In this document: piece by piece, positions 39,946 through 49,843 of the stretch
Numbering within the stretch: the stretch's first letter is position 1
Layout: every line of letters begins with the position of its first letter
Assembly: GCA_963765675.1 (NCBI GenBank)
Contig: CAVXXK010000014.1
Coordinates: 64,001 to 128,000 of the forward strand
From: an uncultured delta proteobacterium
Lineage (GTDB): Bacteria > Desulfobacterota > Binatia > Binatales > Binataceae
Length of the DNA: 64,000 bases
Direction: 5' to 3'
Program-made: the position numbers and the translations under genes
Notes under the pieces: model-generated
What the model was told of the DNA's origin: nothing
The model's database searches: none
The model's input: only the letters and a program-made list of their open reading frames with translations

Positions 39946-40311
39946 TCAGGCGGAAGCCATCTCCAGGCTGAGCAGGACCTTCTCAGTCGCCGAAAGATCG
40001 CCGATGATGCGCCGGGCAGGTTCCGGCAGTTTCCGGACCAGCGTAGGGATTGCGACAATCTGATCGGCCTTCGCGAGCTCCGGGTTTCGCATCAAATCAA
40101 TCACCTCGATCGTGCAATGGCCGGGCATATGGGTGTCGCAGATCCGCCGCAGGTTCGCGATCGCCGCGACCGATCGCGTGGATTGCCCGGCGACGTACAG
40201 CCGCATCACCCACGATTCCAACGGCGATTGCCGGATGTTCTTGCGGGGAACGGGCTTGGCCGCAGCCAGTTTCCGAACATGCTTTTTCGGAGAAGCGGTC
40301 TTCTTTTTCAT
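39946..40311 (-). CDS. kaiB: KaiB-family protein (copy 1)
   Basis: MRLYVAGQS, IEVIDL, IVAIPTLVRKLPEP.RRIIGDLS. Confidence 0.92.
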   Translation of the reverse strand: MKKKTASPKKHVRKLAAAKPVPRKNIRQSPLESWVMRLYVAGQSTRSVAAIANLRRICDTHMPGHCTIEVIDLMRNPELAKADQIVAIPTLVRKLPEPARRIIGDLSATEKVLLSLEMASA

Positions 40312-40342
40312 CCAAGCAACCTAATTAGAAGTGACACTTCTA

Positions 40343-42127
40343 TTATTGTCTCGGCGGCATTTCAGGCAACCGACTATTGCCCATCCGGCTCTTTGCCATT
40401 GCCGATCGATTTTCGAGCAGTTTCTTTTCGCGTTTGGCCTCGACCGCCGTCGCTTTCTTCATCTCTGCCGCATCGGCTTCGAATTCCGCCCGGATGGCTT
40501 CGATCCGCGCCTCCATGACTTTGCGTTTGCGTTCGAGCTGCGCAACTTTGAGCTCGTTTTCGTCGGCCAGTTGAATCGAAGCATCGCGTTCCTGTTCTTC
40601 GAGCGCCACACGGGCGGAGCCGGTGAGCATCCCCGCGGGTCCGAGGTAAACATCGATCAGTTTGATTCCCTCGGAGGTCAATAAAAATTCCCGAATCTGA
40701 TTGGAGTGATTCATGCCGCGTGACTTAAGTACGTAAAGTCCGCGGTTACGCTCTCCTGAATTCTCGATATCGCGCGCCAGCATCCAGGTGTCGATGAGAG
40801 ACGAAATGCCGAGATCGGTGGCTTCCAGGACTCCGCCGTTTTCGGTGAGCACGGTGAAAAACCCGGTTATGCCCGCGCCCTTTAGGAAGTCGATCAGCAG
40901 CGTGAGCATCGCGTTCACTTCGCGTGGATTTCCGGCCGCGATCAGGTTGGAAATCGGATCGACGATCACCACACTCGGGTGGAACTGGCTGATCTCTTTG
41001 TGCATCGAAACCAGATGCATTTCCAGGCCGTAGAGGAATGGACGCTGAGCCGCGATTCGGAGAAGTCCGCTGTCGAGGTGAGGTTGCAGGTCCACGCCGA
41101 CCGACCTCATGTTGCGGACTATCTGGTTCGCTGATTCCTCGAAGGCAAAGTAGAGGGCACGCTCGCCGCTTTCGCAAACTGAACGTGCCAGAGCCGCGGC
41201 GAAGCTGGTTTTTCCCATGCCCGCGGTTCCCGACATCAACACGCTGCTGCCCCGATAGAACCCTCCAATACCCAGCATCGCATCGAGATCGGGGACGCCA
41301 CTGGATACGACCTCGTTCGAGATCGTGTGCTGCAACGCCATCGAGGTAACCGGCAGGACCGAGAATCCTTGCTCGTCGATGATAAACGGATACTCGTTGG
41401 TTCCGTGGCTGCTACCGCGATACTTCACGATCCGGATGCGGCGGGTGGTGATCTGATCGGTGACGCGATGGTCGAGCAGGATCACGCAGTCGGCGACATA
41501 TTCCTCGAGGCCGAAGCGCGTGAGCGAGTTCTCGCCGCGTTCGCCAGTGACGATAGCCGTTACGCCGAACGACTTGAGGAACTGGAACAACCGCCGAATC
41601 TCGGCGCGAAGCAATGTCGTGTTCGAGAATCCGGAGAACAGCGTCTCGATTGTGTCGAGCACCACCCGTTTCGCGCCAATCGACTCGATCGCATACTTGA
41701 GCCGGATGAACAGCCCCTCGAGGTCGTACTCTCCGGTCTCGGCGATTTCATTCGGATCGACGTGGACATGGTCGATTGCGAGCATGCCGTCACGGACGAG
41801 TTCGTCCAGGTCGAAACCAAGTGACGCGCTGTTTACGGTCAGCTCATCCTTGGTCTCCTCGAAGGCGACGAAAACGCCCGGTTCCGAAAATTTCCTCGCT
41901 CCGTTGACCAGAAATTCAACGCCGAGCAGGGTTTTGCCGCATCCCGGACTGCCGCAAATCAAAGTCGCGCGTCCGCGCGGCAGACCGCCGAAAGTTATTT
42001 CGTCAAAACCGGCAATGCCAGTGAGCGCCTTTTCGAGACGCTCGGCAGGCTTGGGCGCAATCTTAATAGCCGGTTTCAGGTTTGCAGACTTCTTGGTCCC
42101 TGCTTTGGAGCGGACACCGGAACGCAT
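40343..42127 (-). CDS. kaiC: Circadian-clock-type double-domain ATPase KaiC (KaiC2-like, C-terminal coiled coil)
   Basis: Two Walker A motifs (GSPGCGKT, GTAGMGKT), AFEET/AFEES, VKYRG/LKSRG, phosphosite ISSLID. Confidence 0.95.
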   Translation of the reverse strand: MRSGVRSKAGTKKSANLKPAIKIAPKPAERLEKALTGIAGFDEITFGGLPRGRATLICGSPGCGKTLLGVEFLVNGARKFSEPGVFVAFEETKDELTVNSASLGFDLDELVRDGMLAIDHVHVDPNEIAETGEYDLEGLFIRLKYAIESIGAKRVVLDTIETLFSGFSNTTLLRAEIRRLFQFLKSFGVTAIVTGERGENSLTRFGLEEYVADCVILLDHRVTDQITTRRIRIVKYRGSSHGTNEYPFIIDEQGFSVLPVTSMALQHTISNEVVSSGVPDLDAMLGIGGFYRGSSVLMSGTAGMGKTSFAAALARSVCESGERALYFAFEESANQIVRNMRSVGVDLQPHLDSGLLRIAAQRPFLYGLEMHLVSMHKEISQFHPSVVIVDPISNLIAAGNPREVNAMLTLLIDFLKGAGITGFFTVLTENGGVLEATDLGISSLIDTWMLARDIENSGERNRGLYVLKSRGMNHSNQIREFLLTSEGIKLIDVYLGPAGMLTGSARVALEEQERDASIQLADENELKVAQLERKRKVMEARIEAIRAEFEADAAEMKKATAVEAKREKKLLENRSAMAKSRMGNSRLPEMPPRQ

Positions 42128-42395
42128 AGGGCAACTCTCGAATATCGAAATAGATAAGGAAGTGTATTGGATCTGAGCCTATAAACGACTGATATGCAAG
42201 GACTTGGAGCACTTCGGCCAGTTTTTGACGTCACACCTTTTTACACACCTCTGACATGAGCGCGAGACGGGCAATCAAGAAGCGACGGATAGTCGAGCAT
42301 CCGCGCATCCAATCGCCGCCGCGAATTCTGCCAGATTCATTGCAACGAGTCGGTTTGCCATCAGCGCCCAACGAGCGCGAACTTCTCTTCATCTA

Positions 42396-43748
42396 ATGAA
42401 TATCCCCGGTGTCGCCAGATTCACGAAGTCGCTTACCGGCGAAGTCATTCTGCCACAAGAGAGAAAATACGCGAATCTGCGTCGAGTGAACAATCGCGCG
42501 GTCAATGGGCATCCTGCGGTCATCGTTAGATGCGCAAATCGCAAAGACGTCCAACTAGCTATCGGATTTGCGCGCGACAACGGACTGCTCACCGCAGTGC
42601 GAGCCGGCGGCCACAGTTTTGCGGGGCACGGAGTCTGCGACGGGGGACTTGTGATCGATCTGTCGCCGATGAAGCGCATACAGATCGATCCATCGCACGA
42701 GAGAATTAATATCGAGCCCGGAATTGTCGCCGGCGAGCTGGATTGCCTTACGCAATCCTTCCGGATGGCGGTGCCGCTCGGTTCGTGTCCGACAGTTGGC
42801 GTAGCGGGATACTCGCTGGGCGGAGGCGAAAGTTCACTCACGCCAAGGTTCGGCTATGGATGCGATAGCATCGTCAGTCTTGAAGTGGTGACCGCAGATG
42901 GCAAGGCGCTAGTCGCCAACGCTCGCGAAAATCGCGATTTGTTTTGGGCGATGCGCGGCGCCGGTGCAAATTTTGGCGTCGCTACGTCACTCGAATTCCA
43001 GCTTCATCCGATCGAAACGGTTCTATCAGGTAGTCTCAGTTACCCGATTCGGCAGGCGCGAAAGATCCTGCAATTTCTTGACGGATTCGCGCCGACAATC
43101 ACATCCGACCTGTTTCTGATAGCGGCGGTGCTGCCGCACCCCGGCGAACGGATGCTCGATATCAAAGTGGTATGGACCGGCGGGAAAAAGAAGGGAGAGC
43201 GAGTGCTACGCCCGCTCCGCAGATACTTGAAGCCCTTCAAGGATACGATTGCGCCCAAGCCTTATCTCGATGAACAGCGCGGCGGCTATGACGTTCCGGA
43301 GGGAGAGCACTCGAGCCATCGAAGGGGTGGCCATTTCAAACGACTCACCGCAGACGTGATCGAAACGATCGTCGAACAGGCGTCCAACGCGCCCCACGAA
43401 GCGAGCGGGATCACCATTATGCATTGGCACGGGCCGTGGAGCGCCAAGCCTCACGACAATGCTTATGGTTTTCGGCGGACGGGTTTCGAGTACTGGATCC
43501 ATACTTATTGGCAGAAGGCGGGCGAGCGCCAGAAATCGAGCCGCTGGGTCGACGAGTTCTATCGCGCGATGACCCCGCTATCGACCGGTGCGGTGTACGT
43601 GAACGATCTTGAAAACGAAGGCCAAGCCCGAGTCCGCGCTCCCTATGGCGACAAGTACGATCGGCTATCACTGATCAAGCGGAAGTTCGATCCCGACAAC
43701 TTTTTTCGCGTCAATCAAAACATCATTCCCGCGGGCCTGAGTCTCTGA
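42396..43748 (+). CDS. FAD-linked oxidase (FAD_binding_4 + BBE domain)
   Basis: VRAGGHS, DLFWAMRGAGANFG, YVND, KRKFDPDNFFR. Confidence 0.9.
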   Translation: MNIPGVARFTKSLTGEVILPQERKYANLRRVNNRAVNGHPAVIVRCANRKDVQLAIGFARDNGLLTAVRAGGHSFAGHGVCDGGLVIDLSPMKRIQIDPSHERINIEPGIVAGELDCLTQSFRMAVPLGSCPTVGVAGYSLGGGESSLTPRFGYGCDSIVSLEVVTADGKALVANARENRDLFWAMRGAGANFGVATSLEFQLHPIETVLSGSLSYPIRQARKILQFLDGFAPTITSDLFLIAAVLPHPGERMLDIKVVWTGGKKKGERVLRPLRRYLKPFKDTIAPKPYLDEQRGGYDVPEGEHSSHRRGGHFKRLTADVIETIVEQASNAPHEASGITIMHWHGPWSAKPHDNAYGFRRTGFEYWIHTYWQKAGERQKSSRWVDEFYRAMTPLSTGAVYVNDLENEGQARVRAPYGDKYDRLSLIKRKFDPDNFFRVNQNIIPAGLSL

Positions 43749-43750
43749 GG

Positions 43751-44677
43751 ATGTCCAGCAAGAAAACAATCGGTCGATCGCCTCACGATCTGATTTACCC
43801 GGACGTATCACTCAAGGAACTGAGTAGTGCGATACAATCATGTCAGGGTTGCGATATTTGGCGCCGCGCAACTCAGGCGGTTTTTGGAGAAGGCGCGACC
43901 GGCGCGGAAGTAATGTTGGTAGGTGAACAACCGGGCAATCGCGAAGACCTTGAGGGTCATCCGTTCGTCGGACCTGCGGGAAAACTGCTCGACCAGGCGC
44001 TGGCCGAGTCGGGAATAGAACGCAAACAGGTGTACATCACCAATATCGTCAAGCATTTCAACTCGACGACGCGCGGAAAGTTCAGGATTCACAAAAAGCC
44101 CAACGCCGAAGAAATCGGCGCGTGTCGGCCATGGATTGAGGCGGAAATTGATCGCATACGTCCGACGGTAATCGTCTGTCTGGGAGCGACCGCCGCGCAG
44201 GCGCTGATCTCGTGCGATTTTCGCGTCACTCGCGGACGCGGCGTGCTGATGAAATCGCCGCTGGCGAAATGGATCGCGGCGACGGTTCATCCTTCGTCGA
44301 TCTTGCGTTCACCGGACGATGAATCGAGGGACTTGGCAATGAAGGAATTCGTCAAGGATCTGAGGAAGAGCGCCCGCCATCTGCCGTCATCAGCCGTGAG
44401 ACCGGACAGAGCGGGCGTGTCGACGTACAGCACGCGTCGGTGCTCTGGCCGAAACGAGGCGGTCCATGCGAACTGGGCGCGCGGGTCGATACTTCGGGAG
44501 CAGCGATGCGAGCTTCTTCTCGAGGATTTTTGTTTTTCTGTCGAGCTCGACGTCGCGCTCCGCTTCGTCCGTGAATTCTTCATCCCCTCCACCGCAGATC
44601 ACGCGCCCATCGACAGTCGCGCGGACGTAAAGATATGGGTCTTTCGCTTCCCAGATGAAGCACTCGCTGGGCCATAG
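43751..44677 (+). CDS. udgX: UdgX-like family-4 uracil-DNA glycosylase; homology ends at ~44390 and the remainder is read-through
   Basis: CQGC, GEQPG, NIVKHF, RGKFRIHKKP, CRPW, HPSSILR. Confidence 0.82.
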   Translation: MSSKKTIGRSPHDLIYPDVSLKELSSAIQSCQGCDIWRRATQAVFGEGATGAEVMLVGEQPGNREDLEGHPFVGPAGKLLDQALAESGIERKQVYITNIVKHFNSTTRGKFRIHKKPNAEEIGACRPWIEAEIDRIRPTVIVCLGATAAQALISCDFRVTRGRGVLMKSPLAKWIAATVHPSSILRSPDDESRDLAMKEFVKDLRKSARHLPSSAVRPDRAGVSTYSTRRCSGRNEAVHANWARGSILREQRCELLLEDFCFSVELDVALRFVREFFIPSTADHAPIDSRADVKIWVFRFPDEALAGP

Positions 44678-45490
44678 ATGCTTCGGCTGACGCCTGGTGG
44701 CGATAACCCAGGTCGAAGCGATGCTGTGACCTTGGGTCGGCACGATCTTCGGCAATTCGTAACCGGTACACAGCACGATTTGCCGCGATCGGATGGTGAT
44801 GCCGTCCTTGGTGAGCGCGGTTGCGGATCGTTTGCCGGATTGAATATCCACGACCTCGTGCGGAGCGAACAATCGCGCGCCGAATTTCTCGGCTCCTCTT
44901 AAAATTCCCGCTGCCAAGGCTCGCGGATCGGCGGCGACGTTATCACTGCTAACTATCGCCGCGCTGCGCGACAGGCCGAAGCAGGCGCGGAGCTCACGCC
45001 GATCAAGATATCGGCTGGGCAATCCGATTCGTTCGCGTGCGCGAGATTCTTTGGCAAGTCCTCGCGCATCGAGCAGATCGCCCGCCAGATAGACTGACGG
45101 ATGGAGGCTAATCGAAGCGTGAATCTTCTCGCGGCGGGCCAGATCGTAGAGCGCGTCGAGCGCTCCTTTGGATCTGAGCCATGCGCGTTCCGCAGGCCAC
45201 GCTCCGATCTTGCGCTTGAGGTGAATCAAAGGCGTATCGATCTCAAAAAGAAGCAGCGCGGTGCTCGCAGACGTGGAGCCCATGAGCGGTCCGCGCCGAT
45301 CGATTACGGCGACCTTGTGCCCCTCTCGCGCGAGCGCGTATGCGATGAGCGCGCCGCTGATTCCCGCGCCGACCACCAGGACGTCCGTTTTCAGGTCTCG
45401 GGTGAGCGGCTTGGCCGCAGGTATCCGGCGCGGATAGGCCGTCCACACGGGCGTTCCGGATCGCAGTTCTTTCTTGGTCGTGAGCGCCAC
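44390..45490 (-). pseudogene. DAO-family FAD-dependent oxidoreductase, 3' end frameshifted/truncated (possibly assembly artefact)
   Basis: VVGAGISG, GSTSASTALL, CTGYE; IDPRAQFAWTASF and GQSTD continue only after successive +1 shifts; the GxGGNG tail is missing. Confidence 0.7.
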
Positions 45491-45867
45491 TCACGGAGCA
45501 TAACACCACCGGAACGTCAGACCGCGAAAGAAAATATTACATCGGTGGTAGTTATCCCTGCGGCGAATTCTGCGAGGTTGTCCCCGTGAGAAGAGGACAA
45601 ACTCATTCCCAAGAACTGGCACATCGATTGCTGGGTCCTTGCACTCATCTCGCGACCTCAAATCAGACGCGATTTCCGCTATGAACCCATCCAAAATTGG
45701 AAACAGTTCGGGCGAACTGATCAGGCGAACTCTGCTGAAGTCAGCAGGGTTACTGGCCAGCGGCTCGGGCGCTGGCGTCCTCGATGCCGGCAAGGGCGTC
45801 AAATATGTCCAGTCAGTCAGCTTAAGGCTCACGTCCTCGCGGCGCTACTCCGGCGATACAGCAGCGC

Positions 45868-46854
45868 ATGGTCGGTTTCATGCTGGCGCACGAGCAATTT
45901 CCGGTTCCAGAGCTCGTACAGCTAGGTGTGGCCGCCGAGCAGGCTGGGTTCGATCTCCTGGCTACCAGCGATCATCTTCAACCCTGGCAGGCAAACGAGC
46001 TTCACGCCGGACAGGCGTGGGTTACGATGAGCGCGCTCGGAGAACGAACCCATCGCGTCTGGATTGGACCGACTGTGACGTGTCCGACGTTTCGCTACAA
46101 CCCGGCGGTCGTCGCCGAGGCGTTTGCCTCGCTAAGCCTGCTCTATCCGGGGCGAATATTCCTGGGTATCGGGTCGGGCGAAGCCCTGAATGAAGAAGCC
46201 GCGATTGGCTCATGGCCGAAATGGCCCGAGCGATCGGAGGGGCTGGTGGAAGCGGCAGAAATCATCCGGAAGCTTTGGACCGGCGAGCAGATCGTTCATG
46301 GCGGCAAGTATTACAACGTCAACGCGAAGCTATACGATCCGCCGGCTGGAAGTGTGCCCCTTTTGATGGCGGCAAATGTGGGTCCGAAAGCGATGTATCG
46401 TTCGGGCCGCTACGGCGATGGGCTCATCACCGATCCTCAAACCTGGAAACAGCACAAATCGGAATTCGAGAACGGAGCCAAAGCGGCAGGCAAGGATCCC
46501 GCACAGATGCCGGTGCTGATCGAACAATTTGTCGTCGTCGGTGATAAAAGAGATGCGGAACGATCAGCGGAGCTCTGGCGGTTTCTGCCCAAAGCCTTCA
46601 AAAGCTACTTCAACATCCGCGATCCGCAAGCGATCGAGGAACGAGCCACCGCTGAACTTTCGCTCGAAGAGGTCTACGGCAGTTGGCCAACAAGCACTAA
46701 TCCCGAAGTCCACGCCAAGGCGCTGATCGAGTTGTTCAACAGCGGCGCCACTATCGTCAACGTCCATTCAGGCCAATCGGATCAAAGACGCGTGATCGAT
46801 TTCTATGGCGAGCAGGTGCTGCCTCGGGTACGCGCTAAACTGAAGGAAGCGTGA
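45868..46854 (+). CDS. F420-dependent glucose-6-phosphate-dehydrogenase-like LLM (TIGR03557-like)
   Basis: LAHEQF, SDHLQPW, VTCPTFRYNPAVVAEAFASL, GIGSGEALNE. Confidence 0.88.
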   Translation: MVGFMLAHEQFPVPELVQLGVAAEQAGFDLLATSDHLQPWQANELHAGQAWVTMSALGERTHRVWIGPTVTCPTFRYNPAVVAEAFASLSLLYPGRIFLGIGSGEALNEEAAIGSWPKWPERSEGLVEAAEIIRKLWTGEQIVHGGKYYNVNAKLYDPPAGSVPLLMAANVGPKAMYRSGRYGDGLITDPQTWKQHKSEFENGAKAAGKDPAQMPVLIEQFVVVGDKRDAERSAELWRFLPKAFKSYFNIRDPQAIEERATAELSLEEVYGSWPTSTNPEVHAKALIELFNSGATIVNVHSGQSDQRRVIDFYGEQVLPRVRAKLKEA

Positions 46855-46855
46855 A

Positions 46856-47611
46856 TTGGCTCGCGCGTATATTGGAACCTCGGGATGGAACTATCGTGAA
46901 TGGCGCGGCGACATTTTTCCTGCCGACCTGCCAGCCAGACAGTGGCTGTCTTTCTATGCGAGCCGTTTCGATTCGGTCGAAGTCAATTATTCGTTCTATC
47001 GGTTGCCCTCAGTAGAGATCTGCGAAGAATGGTATCGGCAGACACCGGGCAACTTTCGCTTTGCGATAAAAGCATCACGCTTCATCACTCACGTAAAGCG
47101 GCTTCGCGACGCGAAAAAACCTTGGAGCGTCTTTCTCGACCGGGTCCGTACCTTGAAGAGGAAGCTTGGGCCTATCTTGTTGCAATTTCCTTCAAACTTC
47201 CGTGCGTCTGAAGATAACCTCGAACGCGTAGATCAATTTCTCGATCTCACGAACCGCGCCAGTTCTCCGCGGCTTGCACTGGAGTTTCGCGATCAGTCGT
47301 GTTTTGGTCCGGCGATGCTCGCGGTTCTTCGCAAGCATCGCGCCGCTCTGGTGATTTCTCAATCCTCGCGATATCCGGCGCCGGAGGCGATCGCGACCGC
47401 TAACTTTGTATATTTCCGATTTCACGGACCCAAGAAGATATTTGCATCATCCTATTCTGATGCGGAACTCCAGAAGTGGGCGAAAGTGATGCGCGGGTAT
47501 CTGGACGCGCGTCGCGATATATATGCGTACTTCAATAACGACTCAGGCGGCCAAGCGCCGCGCAACGCTGCGGTTCTGTCGCGGAATTGTCGTTCGGCAG
47601 TTCGCGCTTAA
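46856..47611 (+). CDS. DUF72-domain protein
   Basis: IGTSGW, VEVNYSFYRLP, KASRFITH, LLQFP, YFRFHG, YFNND. Confidence 0.92.
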   Translation: MARAYIGTSGWNYREWRGDIFPADLPARQWLSFYASRFDSVEVNYSFYRLPSVEICEEWYRQTPGNFRFAIKASRFITHVKRLRDAKKPWSVFLDRVRTLKRKLGPILLQFPSNFRASEDNLERVDQFLDLTNRASSPRLALEFRDQSCFGPAMLAVLRKHRAALVISQSSRYPAPEAIATANFVYFRFHGPKKIFASSYSDAELQKWAKVMRGYLDARRDIYAYFNNDSGGQAPRNAAVLSRNCRSAVRA

Positions 47612-47725
47612 TGTAAAAAATCCTGAATTCACTATCTCGTCTGCATGCATAGCGGGCCTTTGAAGGACGCCATCCGGGCACATCCATTGCAGGTTTTTGC
47701 TGAACTCCAACAAGGACCGGAAAAA

Positions 47726-47884
47726 ATGGTGACGGAAAAACAACGTGCGGCGGCCCGCAAGAATATCAAGAAGGCAGCGGCGGCGGCCAAAGCGAAGAAA
47801 ACCATTTCGCATTTGCCGCGACGCGTTCGGACCGCGCTCGGAAAGAAGGGCGCGGCGGCCGCGCAAAAGAAGCGTTCGAAATAG
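47726..47884 (+). CDS. Small, highly basic Lys/Ala-rich protein (52 aa)
   Basis: MVTEKQRAAARKNIKKAAAAAKAKK...; AAGGA upstream of ATG. Confidence 0.75.
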   Translation: MVTEKQRAAARKNIKKAAAAAKAKKTISHLPRRVRTALGKKGAAAAQKKRSK

Positions 47885-47927
47885 CTCGCAGCCACCGAAC
47901 GATTATCATTCAGAAGGGTTAAGCAAA

Positions 47928-48374
47928 ATGCCAGAAGAAGAGACGCTGGAGAAAGCGCGCGAAGACAAGGCGGAGGGCAAATCCGCTTCGACGCAAGCTG
48001 GCGAATTCGTGCGCGAAGAGATTCATCATATTCGAGAAGGGAGGCACGGGGCCCGCTCGGCCAAGCAAGCGATCGCGATTGGTTTGTCAAAAGCTCGCCG
48101 CGCCGGGGTGAAACTTCCACCGCCCGAACCCTCAAGGACCAGCGCGGGTACACGCCGGAAAGCCAAGAATGATTCCAAGCAAGGCCGGCATCCGCACAAA
48201 CCCTCGAAGAAGCGTTCACGAGCGACGATGAATGCCCTCAAAAAAGAAGGTCATCGGTCGGCATCGTCCAAGGCATTGTCGCGGCAGACCAAATCGAGCG
48301 AATCAAAACGAACCCAAAAGGAGCGCAGCGAGGCCGCGAAAAAGGCTGCCAAAACCCGAGCTCGGCAACACTGA
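47928..48374 (+). CDS. Basic putative DNA-binding protein (DUF6496-like)
   Basis: STQAGEFVREEIHHIREG.HGARS.KQAIAIGLSKARRAG plus Lys/Arg-rich tail. Confidence 0.8.
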   Translation: MPEEETLEKAREDKAEGKSASTQAGEFVREEIHHIREGRHGARSAKQAIAIGLSKARRAGVKLPPPEPSRTSAGTRRKAKNDSKQGRHPHKPSKKRSRATMNALKKEGHRSASSKALSRQTKSSESKRTQKERSEAAKKAAKTRARQH

Positions 48375-48437
48375 CCGCATTTTCAGCTCACGCTCTTTCA
48401 GGATTGTGCCAAGCGCATTTGCGCCGCCTTCGGTTCA

Positions 48438-49004
48438 TCACAGTAGCGCAGCCTGAGAAAAAGCTTCGAGCCATATGCGTCTGTATTCGGGCAGCACCTG
48501 CATGATCGCTTCGGTCGATGGTACGACGCGGCGGAAGCTAATCTCGAACACAGGTTTCCAGTCAAACAACCGTACTTTCGCAAGCCAGATCGAACGGACC
48601 AACACCAACCCCAATTCGGGTCCGCTAAGACACCGCCCGCGGCTGAATCCGAGCAGGCGCGCCTCGTTCACGATCGCACATGCCTCCTCGAGTATCTCGC
48701 GACGCAATGTTTCCTCCCAATTCTCTGCGCCTTCGGGTCGGCCAGCCGGAAAATCCCAAGAGACACCGTCCGGCGAGATCAGAACGACGTCACCGGTATC
48801 GGTCACACAGATGCCCGCCGAGCCGTGCGCGCGGCCGTCCGGCGCAATCGCGCCCACGTGCCAGGAAATGGCCCAGCGCTGTCCGCCGTTTTCGACCTCA
48901 AACTCTTCATCGTCTCGCCGCACGAAACACCTCAGGCGACCAATGGATCGAAGCCTGCCGTCAGCCAGAGCGATCGTCAACCTCGTGTGTTGACATCGGT
49001 CCAT
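48438..49004 (-). CDS. NUDIX hydrolase (true start probably downstream of 49004)
   Basis: Nudix box AGRPEGAENWEETLRREILEEAC. Confidence 0.8.
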   Translation of the reverse strand: MDRCQHTRLTIALADGRLRSIGRLRCFVRRDDEEFEVENGGQRWAISWHVGAIAPDGRAHGSAGICVTDTGDVVLISPDGVSWDFPAGRPEGAENWEETLRREILEEACAIVNEARLLGFSRGRCLSGPELGLVLVRSIWLAKVRLFDWKPVFEISFRRVVPSTEAIMQVLPEYRRIWLEAFSQAALL

Positions 49005-49648
49005 GCGACTCGGACCTTTGCGGCGCCCGTCATAGGATCGCGCGCTTCAGTCCCGCCGGCTGGCTCGAAACCTCCGGCGCGAAGGATCTCTGCCGCCGAC
49101 TCGGCTTCGAGCGCCGGCCGCCCGAGCATGAAAGCGCCGGGTCTGTAGCAGCTTAAGATTAGACGCCCGCCCGGTTTGAGGTATAGACGGGCTAGGCGCT
49201 CGAGCAGCATCGCCCGACTTTCGGGCGGCACCGCATCTGCAAGCGCAGTGACATAGTCAAACCGCATCGACGGCTCGAAGGTCATCACATTGCCGCTCCA
49301 AATACGCGACGCCCAATGAGGAAGCCGCTTTCGTGCCCTGTCCGCAATCCTGTCCGACAGATCGAGTCCGTAGGGTTCGATACGATGCCCATCCTCCGCG
49401 ACCCACGCGGTCAGAGTCTCCATCAACAAGCCATTGGCGCATCCGACGTCGAGCCAAGTGCCGTCACGATCGAATGCCCGGGCGATCACGCGCCGCTTGG
49501 CTTCCCAACTCGTCATGTCGCCGGACGAGCCTGAGCCTCCCAGGACATCGCGGCGTTCATCGGCTGCGACGTACGAGTCCTCGAGCAGGGCGCGGACGCG
49601 CTCGTAGTAGTCGTCAGGATTGGGTCGGTTCGTTTCGAATAATCTCAT
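48977..49648 (-). CDS. Class I SAM-dependent methyltransferase
   Basis: WLDVGCANG, YGLDLS, FDYV, LKPGGRLI. Confidence 0.85.
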   Translation of the reverse strand: MRLFETNRPNPDDYYERVRALLEDSYVAADERRDVLGGSGSSGDMTSWEAKRRVIARAFDRDGTWLDVGCANGLLMETLTAWVAEDGHRIEPYGLDLSDRIADRARKRLPHWASRIWSGNVMTFEPSMRFDYVTALADAVPPESRAMLLERLARLYLKPGGRLILSCYRPGAFMLGRPALEAESAAEILRAGGFEPAGGTEARDPMTGAAKVRVAWTDVNTRG

Positions 49649-49843
49649 CGGATGGGTTCGTTCATTTGGATTCCGCCATCGCGAGCGCAACATCCGCTGC
49701 GCGGGCAATCATGAAGTCGCATTGGGTCGCGGTCCGATGATCGCCGAGTGCGCAGTAATGCTCCACGTCGGGGAATAATCGATCTCCGCTCAACGGATCC
49801 ATCGTATTCCGATCAGATGACCTAGCACCTCGCGGTGGACGAA

